Source of the DNA: Octopus sinensis
Taxonomy: Eukaryota
Length of the DNA stretch: 64,000 nucleotides
Assembly (NCBI RefSeq): GCF_006345805.1
Contig: NC_043002.1
Span: 9,858,001 to 9,922,000, forward strand
Direction of reading: 5' to 3'
The notes under the pieces: model-generated
Databases searched by the model: none
What the model saw: only the letters and a program-made list of their open reading frames with translations
What the model was told of the DNA's origin: nothing
Position numbers and translations under genes: made by a program
In this document: piece by piece, positions 37,740 to 49,859 of the stretch
Numbering within the stretch: position 1 is the stretch's first letter
Layout: each line of letters opens with the position of its first letter

Positions 37740-39379
37740 TACTGATTGATGGGTGATCATTATCGATTTTGCAGAACCTCTTCATATACTACACTTTTGG
37801 TCCTACTCTCTGGAGCATAAACAAATAAATGATTTGGATTGCCGACTCATGAGCATCCTACATACAGCTGGTCATAGGAAAAAACAGGGTCAGCAAGGTT
37901 TAGGCCTACCATGTTCACGGACTGTCCCTGGGCCTTGTTTATGGTTATTGCAAAACTCACGTGTACAGGAAATTGCGGTCGCTTGAGCTCAAATAGCATG
38001 TCATAAGGAATTAGCGGAATTCGTGATATGAAGACAACCTCACCACTTGCTTTGCCAGGGAGAATGGTCACCTCTATGTCTTGGCATTACCTTGTTTATT
38101 TGAAGTCGTGTGCCATTGCAAAGCTTGGGTGAATCCAGGTTTCTTAAAAGCATGACTGATTCGCCAATCGCGAGGTGCAGGTTGTAAGATGGAAGGCCAG
38201 CTGGTACCAGGCTATTCAAAAATTCGGTAGGATAGTTCATAACTTCATCGGAGTTCATCAGCTCTTGTTCCCTTTGAAATCACTGGAAGGACCTGTCTAA
38301 AGTGTCCTGCAAGCAGGACTGTTGCACCTGTGTGTTGTGCCTCAGATCCTTCAGTGCCATGCCAAGAGCCTCGAAGGCACCCTTATAGCTCATTGTCGCC
38401 TCATCTTAGATAATCAACTTGCCCTCACTCAAGAGTTTACCATTTATTATGCCACAACTGATGTTTCAGGTTGCCTTCTCTGTCTTGGATGAATGGGCTG
38501 TGCAGCCACCATTTAGGAGGATTGCATCCATTCCACTTGAATTTTAGTCTATAGAAGGTTGATGACAAATGTCTTGCCAGTTCCATCCGGGTCATCCAAG
38601 AAAAATACACCTCCCCTTTCATCTTCAATGCTCGAAATAGTTGAGTTATAAGCATCCCTTTGTTCCTCTATCAGTTGGTGCTCGTTATTAGTAACATACT
38701 TTGTCATTTGTTCTATATCATAGTTGATCTCCAACATGTGCGCAATCGCTAGAGTGCTAGTTGCCTATTTTGATTAGGGAAGGCCAAAAGTGGCGGTTTC
38801 TTTGCCCCACCCCCATAGCTTGGACTCAGATGTCCAGGTCAAGTGGTGCCTCATGGTAAATTGCATCATTGATATTGATATTTTCAGCTGAGACCTGTCT
38901 CTGAATCTTGTGCGGGATGTCCTCAGCCATGCTTTCTTTGAGGGTCTCCCAAAGCTTGAGAGACTCACCCAAACCACATGTCATTAGGATGATGAAAAAT
39001 AACTGGCGCAGTCACCTTGGCGCTCTGCTAACTTCTGCCTTTTCCAGTATCTGATACCAGTGGGCATCATCATCCAGTAGCCCATGTTTGGCAGAGGCTT
39101 CTCTGTAGGTCGTACAGTCCTCTCCACTACACCTTCGCAGGCCTGTGAACGAGGTAGGACCTCTGACAGTGTACAGCAGCAGACGCAGAAAGAAGCACTC
39201 CTGCTGATTGAGATACACAGTGTACAACCTTCGCTTCTGAAGGCAGCATCCCTGTCCTGGATGTTAGTTCAACATGTATGCAAAGTTTGGTGAAGACTAG
39301 TTCACTGGTTTGGGCAGTAAGATAATAACAGACAGATAGAGACAGATTTTTATATAAATTTGTCATTTATATAAAAAGA
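37740..39379 (-). mobile_element. Helitron derivative with a decayed PIF1-family helicase
   Basis: GTGKTF, LLRNLDSPKLCNGTRL, QFPVHVSFAITINKAQGQS, LYVGCS; 5' terminus A|TC-TTTTTATATAAA at 39379. Confidence 0.85.
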
Positions 39380-39453
39380 TTATAATATATTACAAACATA
39401 CATACATGCACATATGAATGGATATATACACACATGCACGCATACATACATAT

Positions 39454-39856
39454 AGAGCTGGCAGAAACGTTAGCACGCCAGGTGAGATGCGTAGCCGTAT
39501 TTCGTCTGCCGTTACGTTCTGAGTTAAAATTCTGCCGAGGTCGACTTTGCCTTTCATCCTTTCGGGGTCGATAAATTAAGTACTAGTTACGCACTGGGGC
39601 CGATATAATCGACTTAATCCGTTTGTCTGTCATTGTTTGTCCCTTCTGTGTTTAGCCCCTTGTGGGTAGTAAAGAAATAGGTATTGCCGTTACATTCTGA
39701 GGTCAAATTCCGCCGAGGTCGACTTTGCCTTTCATCCTTTCGGGGTCGATAAATTAAGTACCAGTTACGCACTGCGGTCGATATAATCAACTTAATCCGT
39801 TTGTTTGTCCTTGTTTGTCCCTTCTGTGTTTAGCCCCTTGTGGGTAGTAAAGAAAT
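39454..39856 (+). mobile_element. SINE family B, dimeric
   Basis: Two bodies. Confidence 0.85.
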
Positions 39857-40029
39857 ATATATTAATTACGTATGAATTAGATTTAACGTATATATGAATT
39901 TATAAGGGTGAGAGGTTTATAGGCTGTTACGGAAGAGCTGGGAAATATTGCAAGCATAAAATTCAACACGACTTATAAATGGCTGCACTTTTTTCTTTCA
40001 GGAAAACTGACATTTCGTTGTTGATAAAC

Positions 40030-40900
40030 GTCTTCAAAAGTAGCAACCAGCGACTTGTCTTGAAGATGAAGAAAATTTGATAAAAGGGCTCAGCTCCCAA
40101 CGATATTCACACTGAGGTGGTTGCTGTTTTATGGGACGACTCTCGAATGTTACAAACAGATAAAAAGTGGGCAGTTGAATTTAGGAGAGGAACGGAGTGT
40201 TGAAGATGGCCTAATGTCTGGATGTCCTGCAAGTTCCGCACCGATGACAACATTGACGTGTCAATAGATGACAGGCGAATGACTATAAATGTAATAGTCA
40301 ACGCTATTAGCATATCCCGCGAGTGCTTTGAGAATATTCTGCATAATGTGGAGCAGGAGTGGCTGTGTGGTAAGTAGCTTGCTAACCAACCACGTGGTTC
40401 CGGGTTCAGTCCCACTGCGTGGCACCTTGGGCAAGTGTCTTATGCTATAGCCCCGGGCCGACCAATGCCTTCTGAGCGGATTTGGTAGGCGGAAACTGGA
40501 AGAAGCCTGTCGTATATATGTATATATATATGTGTGTGCGTGTATGTTTGTGTGTCTGTGTTTGTCCCCCTAGCATTGCTTGACAACCGATGCTGGTGTG
40601 TTTACGTCCCCGTCACTTTGCGGTTCGGCAAAAGAGACCAATAGAATAAGTACTGGGCTTACAAAAGAATAAGTCCCGGGGTCGAGTTACTCGATTAAAG
40701 GCAGTGCTCCAGCATGGCCGCAGTCAAATGACTGAAACAAGTAAAAGAGTAAAAGAGTAAGAGTAATGAACTTGGCTTGACTTAGGTCTCTGCTTGGTAG
40801 GTACCATGTTTTCTGACGATCACATCATGGGAAAATCTGACATTCTTTCAGACAGATCCAGGTGGTTTCTTTAAATCATAGAATCCTGGTCGAGTACACT
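40030..40900 (+). mobile_element. Mariner transposase remnant interrupted by a SINE C (40350-40763)
   Basis: Similar to 16270-16500 (caggcgaatgactataaat ... gcatatcc); the SINE C is a full copy. Confidence 0.6.
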
Positions 40901-40917
40901 GGTTCATGAATTTCATG

Positions 40918-41300
40918 TGGAGGCGCAATGACCCAGTGGTTAGGGCAGCGGACTCGCGGTCATAGGATCGCAGTTTCGATTCCCAGACCGGGCGTTGTGA
41001 GTGTTTATTGAGCGAAAACACCTAAAAGCTCCACGAGTCTCCGGCAGGGGATGATGGTGATCCCTGCTGTACTCTTTCACCACAACTTTCTCTCACTCTT
41101 ACTTCCTGTTTCTGTTGTACCTGTATTTCAAAGGGCCGGCCTTGTCACTCTCTGTGTCACGCTGAATATCCCCGAGAACTACGTTAAGGGTACACGTGTC
41201 TGTGGAGTGCTCAGCCACTTACACGTTAATTTCACGAGCAGGCTGTTCCGTTGATTCGGATCAACCGGAACCCTCGTCGTCGTAACCGACGGAGTGCTTC
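40918..41300 (+). mobile_element. SINE family D
   Basis: TSD catgaatttca; matches the 15815 copy. Confidence 0.88.
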
Positions 41301-41436
41301 CATCCATCATGAATTTCAACAGTTGCTACTGGGAGTGGGATTTTCGTGTTGTTAGTGTGTAATGAGACCTTTCATATAGGGACAGCAGCTATATCAGGAA
41401 ATTAACTAGCGATGAGAAATAAATCTTACGTCTATT

Positions 41437-41516
41437 CCTACAGCTGTTTTTATGATTATTCCATCAAGATTTAAAGTCATTACAAGCAGCATTATTCACA
41501 TGCACTTCATCAGGTG
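41437..41516 (-). ncRNA. Degenerate hammerhead motif (AGCT family, G12>A)
   Basis: Minus strand CTGATGA ... AAAAC-AGCT-GTA-gg. Confidence 0.45.
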
Positions 41517-41795
41517 CACATACAGAACGTTAATAAACGATCTCCTTTCTAAGGCAATATCCAACATGTATACACATTGCTCTATTTTACAATTACACAG
41601 TTTTTTTTACGCTATACATGATATATCAGGTTTACTATTTGTTGGAGGGTTACTATCATTAATTAGTTTCTAATCATGTTTATTAGATCTCAATTCACGT
41701 ATGCCGTTATTGTGAATGTTAGTTGTATAATTTGGACTTGGTTCTGTAGGGTTAATATTTTTATAATATGGGCGGTATGCTTTTATACTTTTAAA

Positions 41796-42270
41796 GGCGG
41801 CGAGCTGGCAGAATCGTTAGCACGCCGGGCGAAATGCATAACGGCATTTTGTCTGACGCCACGTTGTGAGTTCAAATTCCGCCGGGGTCGACTTTGCCTT
41901 TTATCCTTTCGGGGTCGATAAATTAAGTACCAGATGAATACTGGGGTCGATGTAATCGACTTAATCCGTTTGTCTGTCCTTGTTTGTCCCCTCTGTTTGT
42001 AGTCCCTTAAGGGCAGTAAATAAATAAGAAACATTAGCAGGCCGGGCGAGATGCTTAGCGGTATTTTGTCTGCCGCCACATTGTGAGTTCAAATTCCGCC
42101 ACATTGTGAGTTCAAATTCCGCCGAGGTCGACTTTGCATTTCATCCTTTCGGGGTCGATAAATTAAGTACCAGATGAATACTGGGGTCGATGTAATCGAC
42201 TTAATCCGTTTGTCTGTCCTTGTTTGTCCCCTCTGTGTTTAGCCCCTTGTGGGTAGTAAAGAAATAGGTA
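41796..42270 (+). mobile_element. SINE family B, dimeric, TSD cttttatacttttaaa
   Basis: A 16-bp duplication flanks the whole dimer. Confidence 0.88.
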
Positions 42271-42760
42271 TACTTTTATACTTTTAAATCTAGGTAGGTA
42301 TTAAGCAATGTTAAGAGCCGTGGGGGTTGATTACCGTATCTCTATGTCTGTTAGTGATTTTACGATACAGGCTTTTTGCATCGCAATGCTTATCCGGGCG
42401 CCAGAAAAAATCTGTGGAGATATTAGTTGTATCATTTTGTCTGATGGAGGATTAAACCGACTGAAATTCTCTTACGTAATCGTCTATAACCTTTATTATC
42501 GTTCGTGACGGTCGGAGTAATGTTAGAAGTAACATGACCAATACTAACTTTGGTACGTCGAGTAGATAAATCAAAGTCCTATTTTCAGACTTGGTCCCAA
42601 CTATGGTACTAAAAAACTGCGGCCAATACGAATCTATAGAACAATCCTTATAATTGCATATATCTTTGTTATTTTCCTCTTCGTTTATACTAATATTTTC
42701 TTTTGTAGTTTGGTTAGCATTGTTAACACAGATCCTGATTTTTGTGAAGATATTGTTATT

Positions 42761-44276
42761 GGTAAAATTACAGATTAACACCCGCACGATTTTCACTAAG
42801 AAAAAAAAACAAAAAAACTCGGATTTTTTGCGTGGAATCAAGTACCCTGACCTCCTAATATGCTGCAAATCCCATATTTTGGTCCGGAATTGCGGGGGGG
42901 GGTAACCCCCCTCTCGGAATTTTCACAAGGGAAAAAAAAAGAAACCTCGGATTTCTTGCGTGGAATCAAGTACCCTGACCTCCTAATATGCTGCAAATCC
43001 CATATTTTGGTCCGGAAAGGGGGGGGTAACACCCCCCCCGGAATTTTCATATGGAAAAAAAATCAGATTTTTTGCGTGGAATCAAGTAACCTGACCTCAA
43101 AAACAAAAAAAAAAAACCGGATTTTTTAGATACCTTTCTGCTTTTTAAGACAATAAAGTGTTATTGGAGGGAAATCTGGCTGCTATTTCTAGCTGCCTGA
43201 ATGACAACATAGCGATTTACAGATAAATGAATTAATTACTATTTTACAGAATAAAATTAATTAATTAATTATATAAATTAAATAATTCTTGAAAATTAAT
43301 TAATATTAATAATATTTTTTGAACAAAGTAAATAATTTAAAACTTGGTTAATTTTTTTTACACAAACGCGAACGTATATAATTTGTGAAACTTTTTTTTT
43401 TTTACAGACGTATATAATTTGGTAAACTAATGAATTAATTTCTTCTCATCATCATCATCGTTTAACGTCCGTTCTCCATGCCAGCATGGGTTGGACGGTT
43501 CGACCGGGGATCTGGGAAGCCAGAAGGCTGCACCAGACTCCAGTCTTATCTGGCGATGTTTCTACAGCTGGATGCCCTTCCTAACGCCAACCACTCCGAG
43601 AGTGTAGTGGGTGCTTTTTACATGCCACCCGCACAGGTGCCAGGCGAGGCTGGCAACGGCCACGGTCGGATTGGTGCCAGTCGAGGCGGCTCTGGCATCG
43701 GCCACGATTCGGATAGTGCTTTTTACGTACCACCAGTCCAAGGGTCCTGGCATCTGCCGGATGCCACACTTGCCCCAACATGTCTTCGCAAGCAAAGGGG
43801 GTTGGCTTGGGTGCCTGTCGTCGGATGAGGTTCGATATCAACTTCGCTTGCCTCAACAGGTCTTTGTGTATAAATGTATAAATTTTTCGCACTAAATTCT
43901 TTCCGTAGAATTTATCAAAAAACGCGCAAAATTATTCCGTAGAATTTATCAAATTAAAAAACGCAAAATTAATATATCTTTTGAAATTGCAAATTATTTA
44001 GAATATAACACAAATGAAGTTAAATTTTAAAAATAAATGTCATATACTTATACTCTGTAAGGTGCTGTGTTCACACTTCAATTTACTATTTTCTAGAAAT
44101 GTTGCTTTTCTAATTGAAACAATTTTCTCAATCTCCATTCAAAAGTCCATCATGTCTCTTGAGCCAATTAATGTTTCTGATCTCTCTCTCTGTGCCCCCC
44201 TCTCTATCTCAAACTAATTTTTGTGTAGATGGAGGTGTGGTGGGGAGACCGATGAACGATGTCTCATTCTCTGCTA

Positions 44277-44338
<62 letters not shown>

Positions 44339-46030
44339 GAACCATTTCTTAAACCTACACGATATAGTCTATAATTTGGGATGTTTTTGAAAGATAATAT
44401 ATTTTGTCATCAGAATATATATACTTTCTCACACTACAATTAAGATATATTTATTTTAAATCGTTCATCTTTTCCCGCCACAACAAAAATTGGGCGCGAA
44501 AATTTTTCTAAATATCAGCGGAATGAACAACTGAGATAAAGAGGGGGGCAAAGAGAGATCAGAAAAAAAAAATTAGAACCTCACACCACCACCACCGCCG
44601 CCGCGTAATTCAAAGTTGTTCATTTTGATATGGCTCAAGAGACATGATGGACTTTTAAATGAAGCTTGAGAAAAATGGTTTCAATTAGAAAAGCAACATT
44701 TCTAGAAAATAGTAAATTGAAGTGTGAACACAGCACCTTACAGAGTATAAGTATATGACATTTATTTTTAAAATTTAACTTCATTTGTTTTATATTCTAA
44801 ATAATTTGCAATTTCAAAAGATATATTAATTTTGCGTTTTTTAATTTGATAAATTCTACGGAATAATTTTGCGCGTTTTTTGATAAATTCTACGGAAAGA
44901 ATTTAGTGCGAAAAATTTATACATTTATACACAAAGACCTGTTGAGGCAAGCGAAGTTGATATCGAACCTCATCCGACGACAGGCACCCAAGCCAAACCC
45001 CTTTGCTTGCGAAGACATGTTGGGGCAAGTGTGGCACTCGGCAGATGCCAGGACCCCTGGACTGGTGGTACGTAAAAAGCACTATCCGAATCGTGGCCGA
45101 TGCCAGAGCCGCCTCGACTGGCACCAATCCGACCGTGGCCGTTGCCAGCCTCGCCTGGCACCTGTGCGGGTGGCATGTAAAAAGCACCCACTACACTCTC
45201 GGAGTGGTTGGCGTTAGGAAGGGCATCCAGCTGTAGAAACATCGCCAGATAAGACTGGAGTCTGGTGCAGCCTTCTGGCTTCCCAGATCCCCGGTCGAAC
45301 CGTCCAACCCATGCTGGCATGGAGAACGGACGTTAAACGATGATGATGATGAGAAGAAATTAATTCATTAAGTTTACCAAATTATATACGTCTGTAAAAA
45401 AAAAAAAAGTTTCACAAATTATATACGTTCGCGTTTGTGTAAAAAAAATTATTATTTAAGTTTTATAAATTATTTACTTTGTTCAAAAAATATTATTAAT
45501 ATTAATTAATTTTCAAGAATTATTTAATTTATATAATTAATTAATTAATTTTATTCTGTAAAATAGTAATTAATTCATTTATCTGTAAATCGCTATGTTG
45601 TCATTCAGGCAGCTAGAAATAGCAGCCAGATTTCCCTCCAATAACACTTTATTGTCTTAAAAAGCAGAAAGGTATCTAAAAAATCCGTTTTTTTTTTGTT
45701 TTTGAGGTCAGGTTACTTGATTCCACGCAAAAAATCAGATTTTTTTTTTCCATGTGAAAATTCCGGGGCGGTGGTGTTACCCCCCCTTTCCGGATTTGCA
45801 GCATATTAGGAGGTCAGGGTACTTGATTCCACGCAAGAAATCTGAGGTTTTTTTTTTTCCCTTGTGAAAATTCCGAGGGGGGTAACCCCCCCCTTTCCGG
45901 AGCAATTCCGGACCAAAATATGGGATTTGCAGCATATTAGGAGGTCAGGGTACTTGATTCCACGCAAAAAATCCGAGTTTTTTTTTTTTTCTTAGTGAAA
46001 ATCGTGCGGGTGTTAATCTGTAATTTTACC
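42761..46030. mobile_element. Non-autonomous foldback DNA transposon, Merlin-like
   Basis: ~1.4-kb inverted arms starting GGTAAAATTACAG; 8-bp TSD ttgttatt at 42753-42760 and 46031-46038; subterminal ~125-bp tandem repeats; no transposase. Confidence 0.8.
43447..43862 (-). mobile_element. SINE-like insert (family E) in the left arm, mirrored at 44937-45352
   Basis: GC-rich block ending in cggacgttaaacgatgatgatgat within AT-rich arms. Confidence 0.7.
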
Positions 46031-46141
46031 TTGTTATTTGTATTTGTAGACGTACATTTTAGTATCAGGATTGGTTATTAATACGCACGCTATTAACGCC
46101 TCTATTTTCCGAGTAAATGCAGTATCCCAGATGGTAGATAG

Positions 46142-46227
<86 letters not shown>

Positions 46228-46244
46228 TAGATAGATAGATAGAA

Positions 46245-46820
46245 GTCCAGAAAAGGCAAGCACAGACAAAGTCGAAAAGTGCTTACGCCCCATCTGGGGA
46301 TACAAGGATTGTGTGACTTGGGCGAACAAGTTCGCACACGTACAGGTGGTTTTTCAGAATGAAGAGTTGGCGAAGAAATTCTCAACGATAACCCTTCATT
46401 CTGATGAACTAACATTGACACCGAGTTACCTCGGCCAGAAGGTGACGAAAGTCATTATCAGTGGTGTCCCCCAAGTGACTACAACACTGTGGATTACATC
46501 CGCCGTAACATTCGAAATGGAGGACATAAACATCCTAGATATCGGTGTTTCGGAAAACAAGGACTGGCTGGGAAAGAGAATAGAGTTCCTCTTCCACATA
46601 AGTCAAGAGGACATAAATAAAATCCCCACCCACGTACATCTTGAGGATGGCCGCAAGTTATACGTAGTAGTCGAGGGCAGAAGGCCACGATGCTATACAT
46701 GTGGCAGTGAGGCACACCTCAAAAAGGAGTGCAAATCTGCCGCAAAATTACAACAACAACAACAGCCACAGGAAAAATCACAAAAGCCAGGATTATTGCC
46801 CACACCACAATATGGACAGC
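46245..46820 (+). pseudogene. LINE ORF1 (gag-like) fragment with a CCHC zinc knuckle, Tx1/L1-like
   Basis: VVVEGRRPRCYTCGSEAHLKKEC (CX2CX4HX4C); open frame bounded by GATA/GA repeats. Confidence 0.7.
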
Positions 46821-46878
46821 TAGATAGATAGATAGATAGATAGGTAGAGAGAGATAGACAGACAGGCGGAGGGACAGT

Positions 46879-46910
<32 letters not shown>

Positions 46911-46913
46911 CAG

Positions 46914-46944
<31 letters not shown>

Positions 46945-47319
46945 CAGAGATAGATAGATAGATAGATAGATAGGATAGAGATAGATAGATAGATAGATAG
47001 ATAGGTAGATAGACAGAGATAGATAGATAGACAGATATAGATAGATAGAGATAGATAGATAGATAGATAGATAGATATAGATAGATAGATAGATAGATAT
47101 AGATAGATAGATAGATAGATAGAGATAGAATGATAGAGAGATAGATAGATAGATAGATAGAGATAGATAGATAGAGAGATAGATAGATAGATAGATAGAT
47201 AGAGATAGATAGATAGATAGAGTTAGATAGAGAGATAGATAGATAGATAGATAGATAGAGAGAGAGATAAATATATAGATAGATAGAGAGAGAGATAGAC
47301 AGACAGGCGGAGGGACAGT

Positions 47320-47361
<42 letters not shown>

Positions 47362-47660
47362 TGTTTCTTTATTAGCCACACAGGGCTGCACACAGACAGG
47401 ACAGATTACAAAGTAGAGCTTTTCTTTTTTGGGGAGAGAAAAAAAAGTGGAGTAGGTTTTCGATCAAAAGGGATCGTAAAAGGGAAAGAAGAAAAAAAAA
47501 GGAAGATAGATAGATAAATAGGAAGATAGATAGATAGATAATAGATAGGTAGATAGATAGATAGATAATAGGTAGATATATATATAGATAGATAGATAGA
47601 TAGGTAGGTAGGTAGGTAGGTAGGTAGGTAGGTAGGTATGTAGGTAGGTAGATAGACAGA
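46821..47660. repeat. (GATA)n/(GGTA)n compound microsatellite with short inserts
   Basis: Read directly; acaggcggagggacagtaa is duplicated at ~46862 and ~47303. Confidence 0.95.
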
Positions 47661-48375
47661 CCGACTGATACAAAAGCGCACACATATTCAGATAGAGAAG
47701 CAGAGAAAATACAATTAGCTTAGGTATAGCCCTTATATTTTCTGTTCTTTCCCAGTAAAATCAAATCAAGATGGTGTCATATAAATTTATATTAAACGCG
47801 TTTCTCCTTTTATGTGCTGTAAGAATACATTGATGAACAAATGCTGAGCTATAATTCAAAGCAATCATGTAAATATTTCATACAAATTTCTTATGAAAGT
47901 AAAATATTTTTAAAAGTTCACTTACGTATTTCAAAAAGAAGAAAAGAGTGAAAAAACTTTAAAGAATTACGAATGCGGAAAAGATGTGTTTTTATACCTA
48001 ATGCAACACCGCCAATACTAATAAACAGCTGGTGGTAATAAATCAGTTTATATAATGTCATAGTTTAATGGGATATTATTGACAGCAAAAACTATTGTCT
48101 GTCAACTAAAGATATCTTTTATATTGTGGAGAGAGATGGAAAGAACAGTTTCTGCAACGGCATCTGAATTACATGATTAAGCACTTATATGAATATTCGT
48201 AACATCATGAGCTAATCGCCTTTGATTCTCAGTGTGTTAAATGCATCCTTCTGTCGCATTTTGTTTTATCTTTCACTATCGTTATAAATAACTAAAAGAC
48301 GCGAGTTATTGTTTTTCACCGATCTACGCATCTTAATGTATAACATCGCAGATAAATATATATATATATATATAT

Positions 48376-48550
48376 AGGCGCAGGAGTGGCTGTGTGGTAA
48401 GTAGCTTGCTAACCAACCACATGGTTCCGCGGCATCTTAGGCAAGTGTCTTCTGCTATAGCCCCGGGCCGACCAATGCCTTGTGAGTGGATTTGTAGACG
48501 GAAACTGAAAGAAGCCCGTCGCATATATGTGTATATATATAATATATATA

Positions 48551-48588
<38 letters not shown>

Positions 48589-48812
48589 TATATATATGTG
48601 TATGTTTGTGTGTCTGTGTTTGTCCCCCTAGCATTGCTTGACAGCCGATGCTGGTGTGTTTACGTCCCCGTCACTTAGCGGTTCGGCAAAAGAGACCGAT
48701 AGAATAAGTACTGGGCTTACAAAGAATAAGTCCCGGGGTCGATTTGCTCGACTAAAGGCGGTGCTCCAGCATGGCCGCAGTCAAATGACTGAAACGAGGA
48801 AAAGAGAGTATA
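48376..48812 (+). mobile_element. SINE family C
   Basis: Copy with a small deletion in the head. Confidence 0.85.
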
Positions 48813-48827
48813 GAGTATATATTTATC

Positions 48828-49173
48828 TGCATGGTGCCAAAGATCCCAACATGACCATCAAAATACAGGACCAGATACTGCAATAACTTGGGTTTCAGAG
48901 GACCACAGCTCTTCAATATCCTTCCTAAATGCTTGAGAGACCTGCATGGTGTGGATGTGGGTTTCTTTAAAACTAAACTGGATCTCTTCTTGTCGGAGGT
49001 CCCAGATAAACCTACTTCTCGGCAGGAAACACAGATGCGGGCAGCGGCATCGAACTCCCTTGTTGATCAAGTGCCACGTATCAGAGGTGGTTTCACATAC
49101 TAGTGTAGCTCATTCAACGGTGGTGCCCCAGCATGGCCGCAGCCTTCGGGCTGAAACATTTTTAAGGATTTAA

Positions 49174-49176
<3 letters not shown>
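48828..49176 (+). pseudogene. CR1-group LINE 3' end
   Basis: GPQLFNILPKCLR ... FKTKLDLFLSEVPDKP ... SNSL; tttaagga tandem tail. Confidence 0.8.
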
Positions 49177-49240
<64 letters not shown>

Positions 49241-49292
49241 CATACACATATAGAACTTGCGTCAGTTTTTTAACGACACATCTTTCAAGAGC

Positions 49293-49696
49293 TTTTTACT
49301 CTTTTACTCTTTTACTTGTTTCAGTCATTTGACTGCGGCCAAGCTTGAGCAACGCCTTTAGTCGAGCAAATCGACCCCGGGACTTATTCTTTGTAAGCCC
49401 AGTACTTATTCTATCGGTCTCTTTTGTCGAACCGCTAAGTGACGGGGACGTAAACACACCAGCATCGGTTGTCAAGCAATGCTAGGGGGACAAACACAGA
49501 CACACAAACACACACACATATATATATATATACATATATACGACAGGCTTCTTTCAGTTTCCGTCTACCAAATCCACTCACAAGGCATTGGTCGGCCCGG
49601 GGCTATAGCAGAAGACACTTGCCCAAGATGCCACGCAGTGGGACTGGACCCGGAACCACGTGGTTGGTTAGCAAGCTACTTACCACACAGCCACTC
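49293..49696 (-). mobile_element. SINE family C
   Basis: Full copy. Confidence 0.85.
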
Positions 49697-49859
49697 AGCT
49701 TTAATTTTATTCTAATTTTTTTTTCCACTTTACATTTCACATAACTAATAACAGGCATGAGCACGATTCATCAAATCAAAAGGCAAGCAATGAGCGTTGC
49801 ACAATGATACAGGCATAGCTCGGTGACTGAAAATTACCCGATCCTCCGTTATCAAAGTT

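Noticed and set aside
42308-42868. ORFs next to the foldback element as a host exon
   Set aside because: No recognisable domain, the frame starts inside the TIR, and no splice pattern is supported.
43478-45320. Mirrored 77-116-aa ORFs on both strands
   Set aside because: Chance frames in a GC-rich SINE duplicated by the inverted repeat; no recognisable domain.
46693-47685. YLSI-rich ORFs, and the similar IY-rich ORFs at 53300-55700
   Set aside because: Translations of (GATA)n and (TA)n repeats.
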